NCBI GenBank assembly: GCA_963783435.1
Contig: CAWANQ010000014.1
Span: 105,239-169,238, forward strand
Direction: 5' to 3'
DNA from: an uncultured Bacteroidota bacterium
GTDB lineage: Bacteria; Bacteroidota; Bacteroidia; Bacteroidales; GCA-2748055
DNA: 64,000 nt
Numbering within the stretch: the first letter of the stretch is position 1; every line of letters begins with the position of its first letter. Below, one piece after another: positions 55,514 to 64,000 of this stretch. The position numbers and the translations under genes are program-made. The notes under the pieces are model-generated. The model saw only the letters and a list, made by a program, of their open reading frames with translations, searched no databases and was not told the DNA's origin.

Positions 55514-57183
55514 GGGATATTCGCACATGGTGAAAATGTTTAAAACCCTGATTGACAATAAGATAGAATTGGCGTAACTTAAAGAAAAACCCCGAAATGT
55601 GCTATGGAGGCAAAAAATCGGGGTAATTCTTACAAAATCATGAGTAATTTACGCCGAATTTTCGAATCTACGCCCGAGATTGCGTTTATTTCCCCACAAC
55701 AGGAATTTTCATTGTACTGGAATAGTTTTTTGGAGTCAAAGCTTGGTCAGATCTATCAATCGATTCCTTGGAATGAACTTTCCAAATCTCTGAAACTAAA
55801 GGATAATCGATCTGGTCGCAAGGCGATGTTCAGTCCCCAGGGCAAGTTGGCATTGATGTTCCTGAAGTCCTATAGTGGTATGTCTGACCAAAAGGTTTAT
55901 GAACAACTCAATGGGAATATCCAATGGCAGATATTCTGTGGGATCATCCTGGGGCCGAAGAAATTGAAGGATTTTAAGGTGATCAGCCGGATCCGTACAG
56001 AGTTGGCAAAGAAGCTTGATATCCGTGATGCACAAGGAGTATTGGCCAAGTCCTGGAAGCCTTACATGGAGCAGACCAACATTGTTTTGGAGGATGCTAC
56101 CTGCTATGAGAGTGACATGCGTTACCCGACCAATGTGAAGCTGTTGTGGGAATGTGTCGACTGGATGCAAGGTCAGATGAAACGAACATGCAAGTATCTG
56201 AAGATCCCCACCCCCAGATCAAAGTATCTTGAGCAAAAGGAAAAGTACTTCGATTATGCACGGAAGAAAAAGAAACCGTGGAAAGACACAGTCAAACGTA
56301 CCCGCAGTCTGCTCCATCTCCTGGATAAGTTGATCTATGAGCAGAAAAAGATAGAGGATCAGCACCGGATGCTTAGCTTCCCTGAGAAGTATCACTATCG
56401 GCGCAGGGTGATCAACAAGGTCCTTGAGCAACAGAGAGAAATGTTTGAAACGGGTACTCACACTGTTCCAAACAAGATCGTATCCATTGCCAAAAGCTAT
56501 ATACGTCCCATCGTCCGTGGCAAGGAGGTCAAAAAGGTGGAGTTCGGAGCCAAGGCAAACATGATCCAGGTTGATGGGATCAACTTCATCGAGCACCTGA
56601 GCTTCGATGCCTTCAATGAAGGTCCCCGGCTGATAGACTCAATCTGGTACAGCCGGTCTTTGTTCGGCAAGGTTACGCACATATCGGCAGATGATATCTA
56701 TGCCACAAATGCCAACCGGAAGTGGTGTACTGAGCACAAAATCGGAACCAACTTCAAGCGCAAGGGACGGGCTGGCAAATACGAAGATCAGCGGAAAGTC
56801 CTGGCAGCTGAGCTGCGTAAGGAAAGGGCCACCCGGATGGAAGGCAGCTTCGGCACAGAAAAGCGGCATTACAGCCTGGACAGGATCAAGGCCCGTACCA
56901 AGAAGAATGAGATCCTCTGGATCTTCTTTGGCGTTCACACAGCCAATGCGGTCAGGATTGCCAAGCGTCTGGCCCAAGAAAAGCTACCCAATGTAGCGGC
57001 ATAGCAATTTAAATGACTGACCAAATGAGCGTTGGACGGGAGAGGTATCTCCAGAAATCCGAAAATCAAGCACATAATGGAGAGAAAACCAAAAAATCCA
57101 AGCCGGAAGATAAAAAATCCGGACAGGGATCAATGACCAACTAACCGGATTTTTAAAAATATCGTCTATTTTGCGAATGTCCC
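55514..57183 (+). mobile_element. Complete insertion sequence, IS5-like DDE family (1670 bp)
   Basis: Terminal IRs GGGATATTCGCA (55514) and TGCGAATGTCCC (ending 57183); 6-bp direct repeat TAGCTG at 55508-55513 and 57184-57189. Confidence 0.88.
55604..57004 (+). CDS. DDE transposase (IS5-like), intact ORF
   Basis: EDATCYES..RYPTNVKLLW, IRPIVRGK...VEFGAK, ISADDIY, RMEGSFGTEK. Confidence 0.9.
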   Translation: MEAKNRGNSYKIMSNLRRIFESTPEIAFISPQQEFSLYWNSFLESKLGQIYQSIPWNELSKSLKLKDNRSGRKAMFSPQGKLALMFLKSYSGMSDQKVYEQLNGNIQWQIFCGIILGPKKLKDFKVISRIRTELAKKLDIRDAQGVLAKSWKPYMEQTNIVLEDATCYESDMRYPTNVKLLWECVDWMQGQMKRTCKYLKIPTPRSKYLEQKEKYFDYARKKKKPWKDTVKRTRSLLHLLDKLIYEQKKIEDQHRMLSFPEKYHYRRRVINKVLEQQREMFETGTHTVPNKIVSIAKSYIRPIVRGKEVKKVEFGAKANMIQVDGINFIEHLSFDAFNEGPRLIDSIWYSRSLFGKVTHISADDIYATNANRKWCTEHKIGTNFKRKGRAGKYEDQRKVLAAELRKERATRMEGSFGTEKRHYSLDRIKARTKKNEILWIFFGVHTANAVRIAKRLAQEKLPNVAA

Positions 57184-57332
57184 TAGCTGGATTATTATAA
57201 ATCTACCAAATTTTCGAATGTGCCTAGATAACAGATCAATGTAAGCGGGAACTTACAATGTACAGAATTTGGCAAATAATTATCGTACATCGTTAATTGC
57301 GAAAGGTGTACATTGTTATTTGCCATTTACAA

Positions 57333-57422
57333 TCAATGAGCCAGCCCCTGGGATTTACATCGCAGGCATTGCAGGATTCCAGTGGGGGTTTGCAAAACGT
57401 CTGCGTTTTCCGCAGAACATCA
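57333..57422 (-). pseudogene. Degenerate IS66 tnpC fragment (continues at ~60017-60065)
   Basis: TCAATGAGCCagcCCCTGGGATTTACATCGCAGGCaTTGCAG matches 57601-57642; CCGCAGAACA matches ~57694; ATCCAGATGATAcCTGGATAA at ~60044 matches ~57777. Confidence 0.7.
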
Positions 57423-57485
57423 GTAAGCATGCGGCCTAGTACACCCCAACTTTTTCCAACCTAATCCAGAACTTTTTGGAGATTT

Positions 57486-59149
57486 CTACAACTTTGCCGT
57501 AGTTTCTTGTAGATTTTTGGAGGCTTTCCAACGATGGGGCAATAGCTCAGCCAGATCCATGGAGTAATCATTGTTGTATTCCGGGATCCTTGACAGCACA
57601 TCAATGAGCCATTCCCTGGGATTTACATCGCAGGCTTTGCAGCATCCCAACAACGAGTACATCATGGCCATGTTTTCCGCTGCATCATGGTTCCCGCAGA
57701 ACAAGAAGTTTTTTCTCCCGAGAGCCAGGGGCCTGATCGCATTCTCGACTCCATTGTTGTCGATCTGGTATCTGCCATCCAGATGATATCTGGATAATCG
57801 ATGGAAGATGTTATACGTATAGCTTATTGCCTTACTCATTCTCCCTTTGGGTAGCACCTTTGGATAATACTGTTCCAGCCATTTCTCAAAGGCACGCAGG
57901 ATGGGATAAGCCAGCCTCTTGCGAAGCTCAGCCCGCTGCTCATAGTCCATTTGTTGATCGGTAGCCATGTCCTCGACCTTATAGATCATGCCGATTTGCT
58001 TCAAGGCATATTCTGCACCGGCCTTGTCCTCTTTCAAGGCCTCGGTAAATTTTCTTCTGGCATGCGCCCAGCAGCCCAACAACAGGACACCCTTTTTCTG
58101 CTCATATATCCGATAGGCCTCATATCCATCCGTCTGAACAGCACCCTGATAATCGCGAAGTAAATCAATAACTACTCTCTGGGCCCGGGAACCCTGATCA
58201 TAATGGAAGAACAACAGATTATCCATCACAGAACGTACCACCCATAAATATGATTTGGCTGCACGTTGCTTCTTATTATCGATCACCGGTACCGTTGTTT
58301 CATCCACCTGGATGTAGTCCGTTTCCATTACGATCTCCCTTAGCCTGTGGTACAAGGCCCGGAGTAAATCACTACTGCCCTTGAACCAGCCATTGACCGT
58401 AGAAGCAGGGATGGATACCCCGGATTGCTTGAAGATGGCCAGCTGCCGGTGGAAAGGCAGGTGGTGCATGTATTTGCTGATCAGAAGTTCTGCCAGCAGG
58501 CTCGGCCCGGCATTGCTGCGAGGCAAGGGCAACATAGGCAGTGCCCCGATTTTGATCTTCTCAGCAGATTCTTCTGTATCCTCTTCTTGTTGTGCGGTGT
58601 CGTTTTTCAGCGCATATTTGGGACGTACGATCCGGCGAACAAACAGCTCTCCCGGTTTATGCTCCAGTACCTCAGTAACCTCCTCGCCGATCCTGACCCA
58701 ATTCTCATCGATACCTTCGGGCTCAATGATCTCTTCTTCACGGCGCAGATGATCCGGCAATGGTAGGCGAACCGGTTGTTTCTTTGTGTTTGGTTTCTCC
58801 CGCTCATAGGTGATGATTTCCTTCTCAGCTTCTTTGATGACTTCTTCCTCTTCGGGCAATACATCCAGGCCATCAAAGTCGATCTTACATTGGTTGGGAT
58901 CTTCGGGGATATACTTCTCACTGCTTGGATTCCAGAACTTGCGGCGATACCAGGATAACTGGTCGGTCAACTGCTTGATCTTATCATCTTTTTCCTTGAG
59001 TTAAAGCCTCATATCCTTCGTTCTTCTTCTCAGCTCGTTCCAGTGCACCATTGTCGATCTCCCGCAAGCGTGGAGAGCTCCAGATACATCTCGTCACGCT
59101 CCTGTAAAAGGGCCTCGATTAAGCTGTCTTTATCTTGTGATTTATCCAC
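57486..59149 (-). CDS. tnpC: IS66 transposase TnpC (indels in the 5' part)
   Basis: LPDHLRRE, HLPFHRQ, QVDETT, QTDGY, CWAHARRKF, IDNNGVENAIRPLALGRKNFLF. Confidence 0.93.
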
Positions 59150-59245
59150 CGCAAATGCTTGTGCATTAAGGGGTTGAAGATAACAAAACACCAAGGTTTT
59201 TCCTTGAAAAAACCTCCCTCATTATCAACATTTAAAGTGGATATG

Positions 59246-59587
59246 TTAGCTTCTTTTTTTGAGTTTGTCAGATCGCAGTTTCACGCTCTCAACCATCATC
59301 ATCAAGTCATTCCAATGTATGCTCAAAGAGGTGGTCTCTTCATCAAAATGGGGCAACTTGAAGCGGCCCGATTCCAGCTTCTTGTGGTAGATCACCATCC
59401 CGGCATATTCCATGTGAAGGATCTTCATGATGTTCCCACGGCGGTTGATGAAAATAAATACCCCGCCATTGCGGACATCCTGCTTCATCGACTCATTCAC
59501 AATGCCGCTCAGGGTATAGAAGCTCTTGCGCATATCTACCGGCATAGGGTACAGGTAGTACTCAAGGGATTTATGGAGATGGAACAT
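59246..59587 (-). CDS. tnpB: IS66 accessory protein TnpB
   Basis: PVDMRKSFYTL, FIFINRRGNIMKIL, HKKLESGRF. Confidence 0.92.
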   Translation of the reverse strand: MFHLHKSLEYYLYPMPVDMRKSFYTLSGIVNESMKQDVRNGGVFIFINRRGNIMKILHMEYAGMVIYHKKLESGRFKLPHFDEETTSLSIHWNDLMMMVESVKLRSDKLKKRS

Positions 59588-59591
59588 ACAA

Positions 59592-59940
59592 TCAATCTAA
59601 TAAGACAAACAAGGGTGCGTAGGTGGGCAAGATCCAGATCCTGCTTGATCCGAAGCCGTGTCCCGTTGGGATATTCCACTTCAAGTAGCATTCCTCACCG
59701 GTATTCCCGGTTTCATGAACCGGGGTGGGCTGTTTACATAATCCTGTGCTGGAACCGGCTGGGAGGGTTTTACTACCAAGGGAATAAATTCCTGCTTGCC
59801 TCGCTTATGCTTTGTCTTCTTATACCAATAGTAAAATGTGGAGTCGGCAATCCCTTCATTCGAACAAAACTCTTTTACGGATAATCCGGATTCTTGATGC
59901 CTGCTGGTATATCGTCCAGATACTTGGTCTCATTCAACAT
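59592..59940 (-). CDS. tnpA: IS66 accessory protein TnpA (frameshifted)
   Basis: Minus-strand fragments QESGLSVKEFCSNEGIADSTFYYW and LEVEYPNGTRLRI upstream of tnpB. Confidence 0.75.
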
Positions 59941-60106
59941 GCTTTTTTAAGGGCGGAAGATAGTCCGGGACAGGCCACCCTGCAAGATGTACTAGGCCGC
60001 ATGCTTACGAACATCAAGATTTTTCAACCGATAGGTAGGGGCTATCCAGATGATACCTGGATAAACAAAGTAATTTGTTGAAGATATCTAAGTAACCAGT
60101 AGTCCA

Positions 60107-61585
60107 TTATTGTTTGTGCTTAAGATTCTTAATTAAGAACCTAGATCTTTGAATAAGTCCGTAAAACCCTAATCTGGTGGATAGGGTATAAATCCTTCTT
60201 AAAAAAGATGGGTTGATGGGGATTTTTGCTGCTACAGGAGAAATAGACTTAAAGATTGATTTGTATAAGATATTGTTATATCTATCTCTCAATTTCTGAG
60301 GAGTTGAGAGTAGAATTTCTAATAGATCATGGGAACAGAAAGGAGAATATATATCCTTTCCCATTGCATTCCATTCTGTTTTGGTTTTCGCAGTCCAATT
60401 TCCCATTCTTTCTTCCCAATAGTATAGGTCAAGTATATGATAACCATTTTGTGCAATGGTTTTTGAGCTTTTTTGCATCCAGTCACCATAAACGTGATAG
60501 GCATAATTGCTCCCCAAAAAATTTCTGAAGCTTGCCAGCATACGTACATTTACTCTAGTATATCTTCCATATCCGTTCCGTGCAATTTCACTTAGATTTC
60601 CATTGATTAACAGGTGATCTTCATACATTTTATCAGGTTCATTCCAGTGCCTTGGAAAATCAATACTTTGTTCTTGTAGCCTTTTCCTATGCTCACTTAA
60701 AGGAGACTCAGTAACGGCCCTAAAATCTTTGTTAAACAGCTTGGCTACCTGTTGAGGTATCCTAATTTCATAATGATCATCAGCCATATGTGGGTGCCTT
60801 GTCACATAGTACTTACAATCCACATCCAGATTTGACAGAAACAGGGTTCTGCTGTCAACCCCCGCCGTAAGTCCCATAACTAATTTATTTCTTAAAGATG
60901 CTGCTTTGATGAAACCATGTAATCTCTCAGTAGCGATTGGTACTGCTTCATCGATGGATATAGGTTTGATAGGAGTATTTGGAAAGTATCGGGTAACTGA
61001 TTGATCCTCAATGTCAATATAGTGGTTTGGCAATAGATGTTTGATATTTTCTACATGAGTTGTATCACCAATAAACAATAATTGCTTTTTAAACTCAGGA
61101 GATGATTGATAGAATTCTTTTGCATCAGCAGAGGAATGAGGTTTCAGAGGAATAACCTTGCTCATTAGTTTCGGTTGGGAACCAAAAGTAGAATAAGTTG
61201 TATCGTAGTAAATCTCATATTGACCGCATGCATCGCTCATCAATATAATCTTTTTACCCAACCTTAGAATCAGAACAAAATGGCCTGAATACTGAGCGAG
61301 ATGTTTGATGAAAGCATCAAAGGAATGAATTCCTGAAAAGGAATTAACTACCTGCTGATTAGAGAATTCTGGGTTCTTATAATCAAAAATAAAGCCCAGT
61401 AGATATATTTCAATCTCTTTTTCCGATAAATGGGTGAATTCAAGTTCGGGGTGATAGAACAGATTAAGGTGAAGTATTTTTTTGCTAATCCAGGGTAGAT
61501 CGAAATCGTCTTTAACTGTCAATAAAAACTGCCTTCTAAAAAGTTCCGTTCCTTTCATGATCTGATCGTGTAATGTGAACTTCAA
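60107..61585 (-). CDS. Asparagine-synthetase-like PP-loop protein lacking the N-terminal Cys
   Basis: SGHFVLI...DACGQYEIYY (Ntn-like), LLPNHYID, PP-loop MGLTAGVDSR, YYWEERMGNW. Confidence 0.6.
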   Translation of the reverse strand: MKFTLHDQIMKGTELFRRQFLLTVKDDFDLPWISKKILHLNLFYHPELEFTHLSEKEIEIYLLGFIFDYKNPEFSNQQVVNSFSGIHSFDAFIKHLAQYSGHFVLILRLGKKIILMSDACGQYEIYYDTTYSTFGSQPKLMSKVIPLKPHSSADAKEFYQSSPEFKKQLLFIGDTTHVENIKHLLPNHYIDIEDQSVTRYFPNTPIKPISIDEAVPIATERLHGFIKAASLRNKLVMGLTAGVDSRTLFLSNLDVDCKYYVTRHPHMADDHYEIRIPQQVAKLFNKDFRAVTESPLSEHRKRLQEQSIDFPRHWNEPDKMYEDHLLINGNLSEIARNGYGRYTRVNVRMLASFRNFLGSNYAYHVYGDWMQKSSKTIAQNGYHILDLYYWEERMGNWTAKTKTEWNAMGKDIYSPFCSHDLLEILLSTPQKLRDRYNNILYKSIFKSISPVAAKIPINPSFLRRIYTLSTRLGFYGLIQRSRFLIKNLKHKQ

Positions 61586-61657
61586 TATAAACTCCTGAAG
61601 TTTTCTTTATTGATACGGTAAAATTAGGCATTTGTATCCATTTGAAAACCTTTATAA

Positions 61658-64000
61658 CTAATTTCGCCCATGGATTACAAGTTTTTGAGCAATGGCACTA
61701 GTCCCTACAATCAGGATAGCAGAATAGATGCCCCCAGTAATCTGAGAGGCCAGATTAATGTCTAATTCTTGGTTAACATATTCATCGTTGAATTTCAGCT
61801 CTTTTCCATATATGACTTGCCCTGACATATCAGCAAGTCTTAAAAAAGCAGGTTGAGAAAGAGAATTATCATATTCTACATGTAATTTAAAGTCCCCATT
61901 AGAAGGATTTGGATAAACTGCCATATATAGACTGTCTTTATCTTCTGAAAAGAGTACATTTTCGATTAGAAAGCTTTTTTTTTCACCATAAACAATACCC
62001 TGGTCAGTTCTTACAAATGGGTATAGTTTATATACTGTATTGGGCTTAAGATCAGCAAGACTCGTTGAGTATCTAATCTTCCCACATCCCGATTCATAAT
62101 TTTGAGATACGTCCTCTCCACTTAATGCCTGATTATATACTGCAACCAAATAGAATGTCCCATTCCAGGGTCTTTCTCCATCAAGTTCATTGCCTAATGC
62201 AATTCTATACTCTTCATCCCAGGAAGAAAAGTCTCCCAATCTCTTGCCGGAAGAGAGTTCTATTCCATTGACATATATTTTCTCAATTCCAGATTTGTCC
62301 TTTGTATAAACCACATGATGAAGGCTCTGGCCGGTAAAGTCTGTTGAAGTTGCAAATTCTGGCAAACCATTTATATCTGTGCTTGTGGTATTGAGTCTGA
62401 TATTATAATTATATGAATCTTCATCACCCTCATGGCCAAGCATAAAGGCTCTAGATGAAGATCCGTTAGACAGGGTGAGAATACGGGCTGGGCCCTTCTG
62501 TTCTGTTTCACACTGACTTATCCATGCTTCCATGGTTATCTCATTGGTTTTAGCAAGTGCGTCCTGAAGCCTGGTTGGAGTACCTTCATATACAAGGCTT
62601 GTATTGCCACCCACTTTAAGCCCCTGTCCAGGCAACCAGGTAGTATTAAGTGGATGGTTTATATGCAGATCTAAAGGTTCACCAACGCCAGAAATTTCAG
62701 ATACTTTGCTGCCATCTTTATCAGAAAAATTATACAAAAGCTGAAGTCCATCCGTAATCCTTCCTTTGCTTTCAACCTTCGTAAGGCTTTTTTCTGCGAA
62801 AATCGGATTTCCTTCGTCCGGAGATTCATTCCCCATTGTCACCATGATACCATAAGCATCTACCTCAGCGTGGCCTAAGGATTTCACTTCTGAGATAGAA
62901 CCTGCATGTTCACTATTATTTTGTAGATTAACGATATTGACTTCCGGTAATGTAGGATTGGTTGTAAAATCATCATTAATGGTAACTGCCTCTAAGGCTT
63001 GTGATTTTCCACTCTCATTGCCAGCTTGATCCAATGCACTGACGGATATACTATAATTCAATCCCGCCTTTAGACCTTCGATAGTCGTTTTATTGGTCAG
63101 AGATTCTACTTTTGGATCGTTATTCACATAAATTTTATATGCTGTAACTGCCACATTATCAGTTGAGGGATGCCAGGATAATGAAATTGATTGCCTGGTA
63201 ACAACCTGGATGTCTAAACCTATGGGAGTGCTGGGGGCTTGGTTATCATCTGCAACTATCTCTGCTTCGGTGGTTCTGGAAATTCCATCTGAGAATGGAC
63301 TGGAATTTCCTGCCTTATCAAAGGCTCTTACAGTAATGGTATAAGAGGTATTGGGATTTAAACCTGTAGCCACATAACTGGGTGAATCGCTTGTTCCATG
63401 ATAAATATCATTTAGTCGAATCTCATAGTGATCCACACGTTCATTATCTGTTGAAGGTTGCCATCTGAATTCTAGTGAATTACTTGTAACACGAGTTAAT
63501 CCAATACCTGTTGGGATTGAAGGTGCTTGTGTATCAGTCTCGATTATAACTGTTGATTCTGTATTTGGAGTGGGCATTCTTGGTACATTGGTTTCAACTT
63601 CAAATAGTTTTGGTAATGTCCTATCTTCATCTGCCCAAAGCGCTAGATCGTCATAATAAACATATTGGTCTTCGGTTCTCAAAGTATCAGGCCCTCCTCC
63701 ACAAAAAGTCTTCAAGCTCCAATAATCTACAGTTATGGTCGAATATTGCCTTAGCCTTAAACCATCATACACATTGTAACAAGTGTCATTCCTTGACCAA
63801 GTAATTTGACCATCATAATTACCTATTCCTTCTTCGGGTACAGAGTTTAGTTTATAACCCAATGTGATCTTATACCATTTGTCTCTTTCCCATATAAGTC
63901 CATTTGCGTACCATCCCTCACCATAGACCTTTTTACAATGATTTGAGGATTCACAACCCCAATCAAGATCGTGATGATATATATATATCCCCATAGTTGA
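61658..64000 (-). CDS. T9SS-secreted protein: polysaccharide-lyase-like domain, two Fn3 domains, LamG and CTD (5' end outside the window)
   Basis: YIYH...W...DKWYKI...LNS...DG...FCGG...YVYYDD lyase-like pattern; DTQAPSIP...STDN...AFDKAGN twice; ITMEAWI...HVVYT...IYVNG; VYPNPSNG...GIY CTD. Confidence 0.75.
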   Translation of the reverse strand, partial: STMGIYIYHHDLDWGCESSNHCKKVYGEGWYANGLIWERDKWYKITLGYKLNSVPEEGIGNYDGQITWSRNDTCYNVYDGLRLRQYSTITVDYWSLKTFCGGGPDTLRTEDQYVYYDDLALWADEDRTLPKLFEVETNVPRMPTPNTESTVIIETDTQAPSIPTGIGLTRVTSNSLEFRWQPSTDNERVDHYEIRLNDIYHGTSDSPSYVATGLNPNTSYTITVRAFDKAGNSSPFSDGISRTTEAEIVADDNQAPSTPIGLDIQVVTRQSISLSWHPSTDNVAVTAYKIYVNNDPKVESLTNKTTIEGLKAGLNYSISVSALDQAGNESGKSQALEAVTINDDFTTNPTLPEVNIVNLQNNSEHAGSISEVKSLGHAEVDAYGIMVTMGNESPDEGNPIFAEKSLTKVESKGRITDGLQLLYNFSDKDGSKVSEISGVGEPLDLHINHPLNTTWLPGQGLKVGGNTSLVYEGTPTRLQDALAKTNEITMEAWISQCETEQKGPARILTLSNGSSSRAFMLGHEGDEDSYNYNIRLNTTSTDINGLPEFATSTDFTGQSLHHVVYTKDKSGIEKIYVNGIELSSGKRLGDFSSWDEEYRIALGNELDGERPWNGTFYLVAVYNQALSGEDVSQNYESGCGKIRYSTSLADLKPNTVYKLYPFVRTDQGIVYGEKKSFLIENVLFSEDKDSLYMAVYPNPSNGDFKLHVEYDNSLSQPAFLRLADMSGQVIYGKELKFNDEYVNQELDINLASQITGGIYSAILIVGTSAIAQKLVIHGRN

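Larger units (their letters stand above)
57423..60008 (-). mobile_element. Complete IS66-family element
   Basis: Perfect 21-bp IRs GTAAGCATGCGGCCTAGTACA (57423-57443) and its reverse complement (59988-60008); 8-bp TSD GAACATCA at 57415-57422 and 60009-60016; contains tnpA, tnpB and tnpC. Confidence 0.95.

Noticed and set aside
59159-59884. 241-aa plus-strand ORF
   Set aside because: Antisense shadow of IS66 tnpB/tnpA with no recognisable motifs.

Overview
Chromosomal window from a Bacteroidota bacterium, probably an anaerobic Bacteroidales-type organism: it has T9SS C-terminal domains, TAnnTTTG-type promoter boxes, rubrerythrin and a FISUMP protein. Many genes are split by single-base indels, often at homopolymers, which looks like unpolished long-read error, so I joined the fragments. 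From 1 to 18.8 kb: a DUF5060-type secreted protein, a MacB-type ABC permease, an LRR lipoprotein, rubrerythrin with a flavin reductase-rubredoxin, a sulfation module (sulfotransferase, cysN-cysC fusion with a degenerate kinase domain, cysD, SLC13 permease), a Tat-exported Gfo/Idh/MocA plus TIM-barrel isomerase pair, and a SiaC-unknown-SiaC triplet divergent from the polysaccharide locus. From 19 to 55.4 kb: a large Wzx/Wzy-dependent exopolysaccharide/capsule locus (priming GT, Wza, Wzc, rfbF/rfbG, class-III aminotransferase, two RmlC paralogues, SAF-domain oxidoreductase, MBOAT/AlgJ-like acylation pair, Wzx, Wzy, several GTs, deacetylase, GME-like epimerase, PssD/PssE). Embedded in it are two large T9SS-secreted LamG/SGNH-cadherin proteins and a three-gene exported caspase / Fn3-repeat FISUMP cassette. 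From 55.4 to 60.1 kb: an IS hotspot with a complete IS5-like element (6-bp TSD) and a complete IS66 (21-bp IRs, 8-bp TSD) inserted into a decayed relic of an IS66 tnpC. From 60.1 to 64 kb: an AsnB-like PP-loop protein and a truncated lyase-like/Fn3/LamG T9SS protein. Best candidates for an undescribed system are the exported caspase cassette, the SiaC-X-SiaC module with a recurring TTG-N-CAA palindrome near the EPS genes, and the unusual CDP-sugar pathway. No rRNA, tRNA or CRISPR array was seen. All family calls are from motif recognition by eye; no database search was run.
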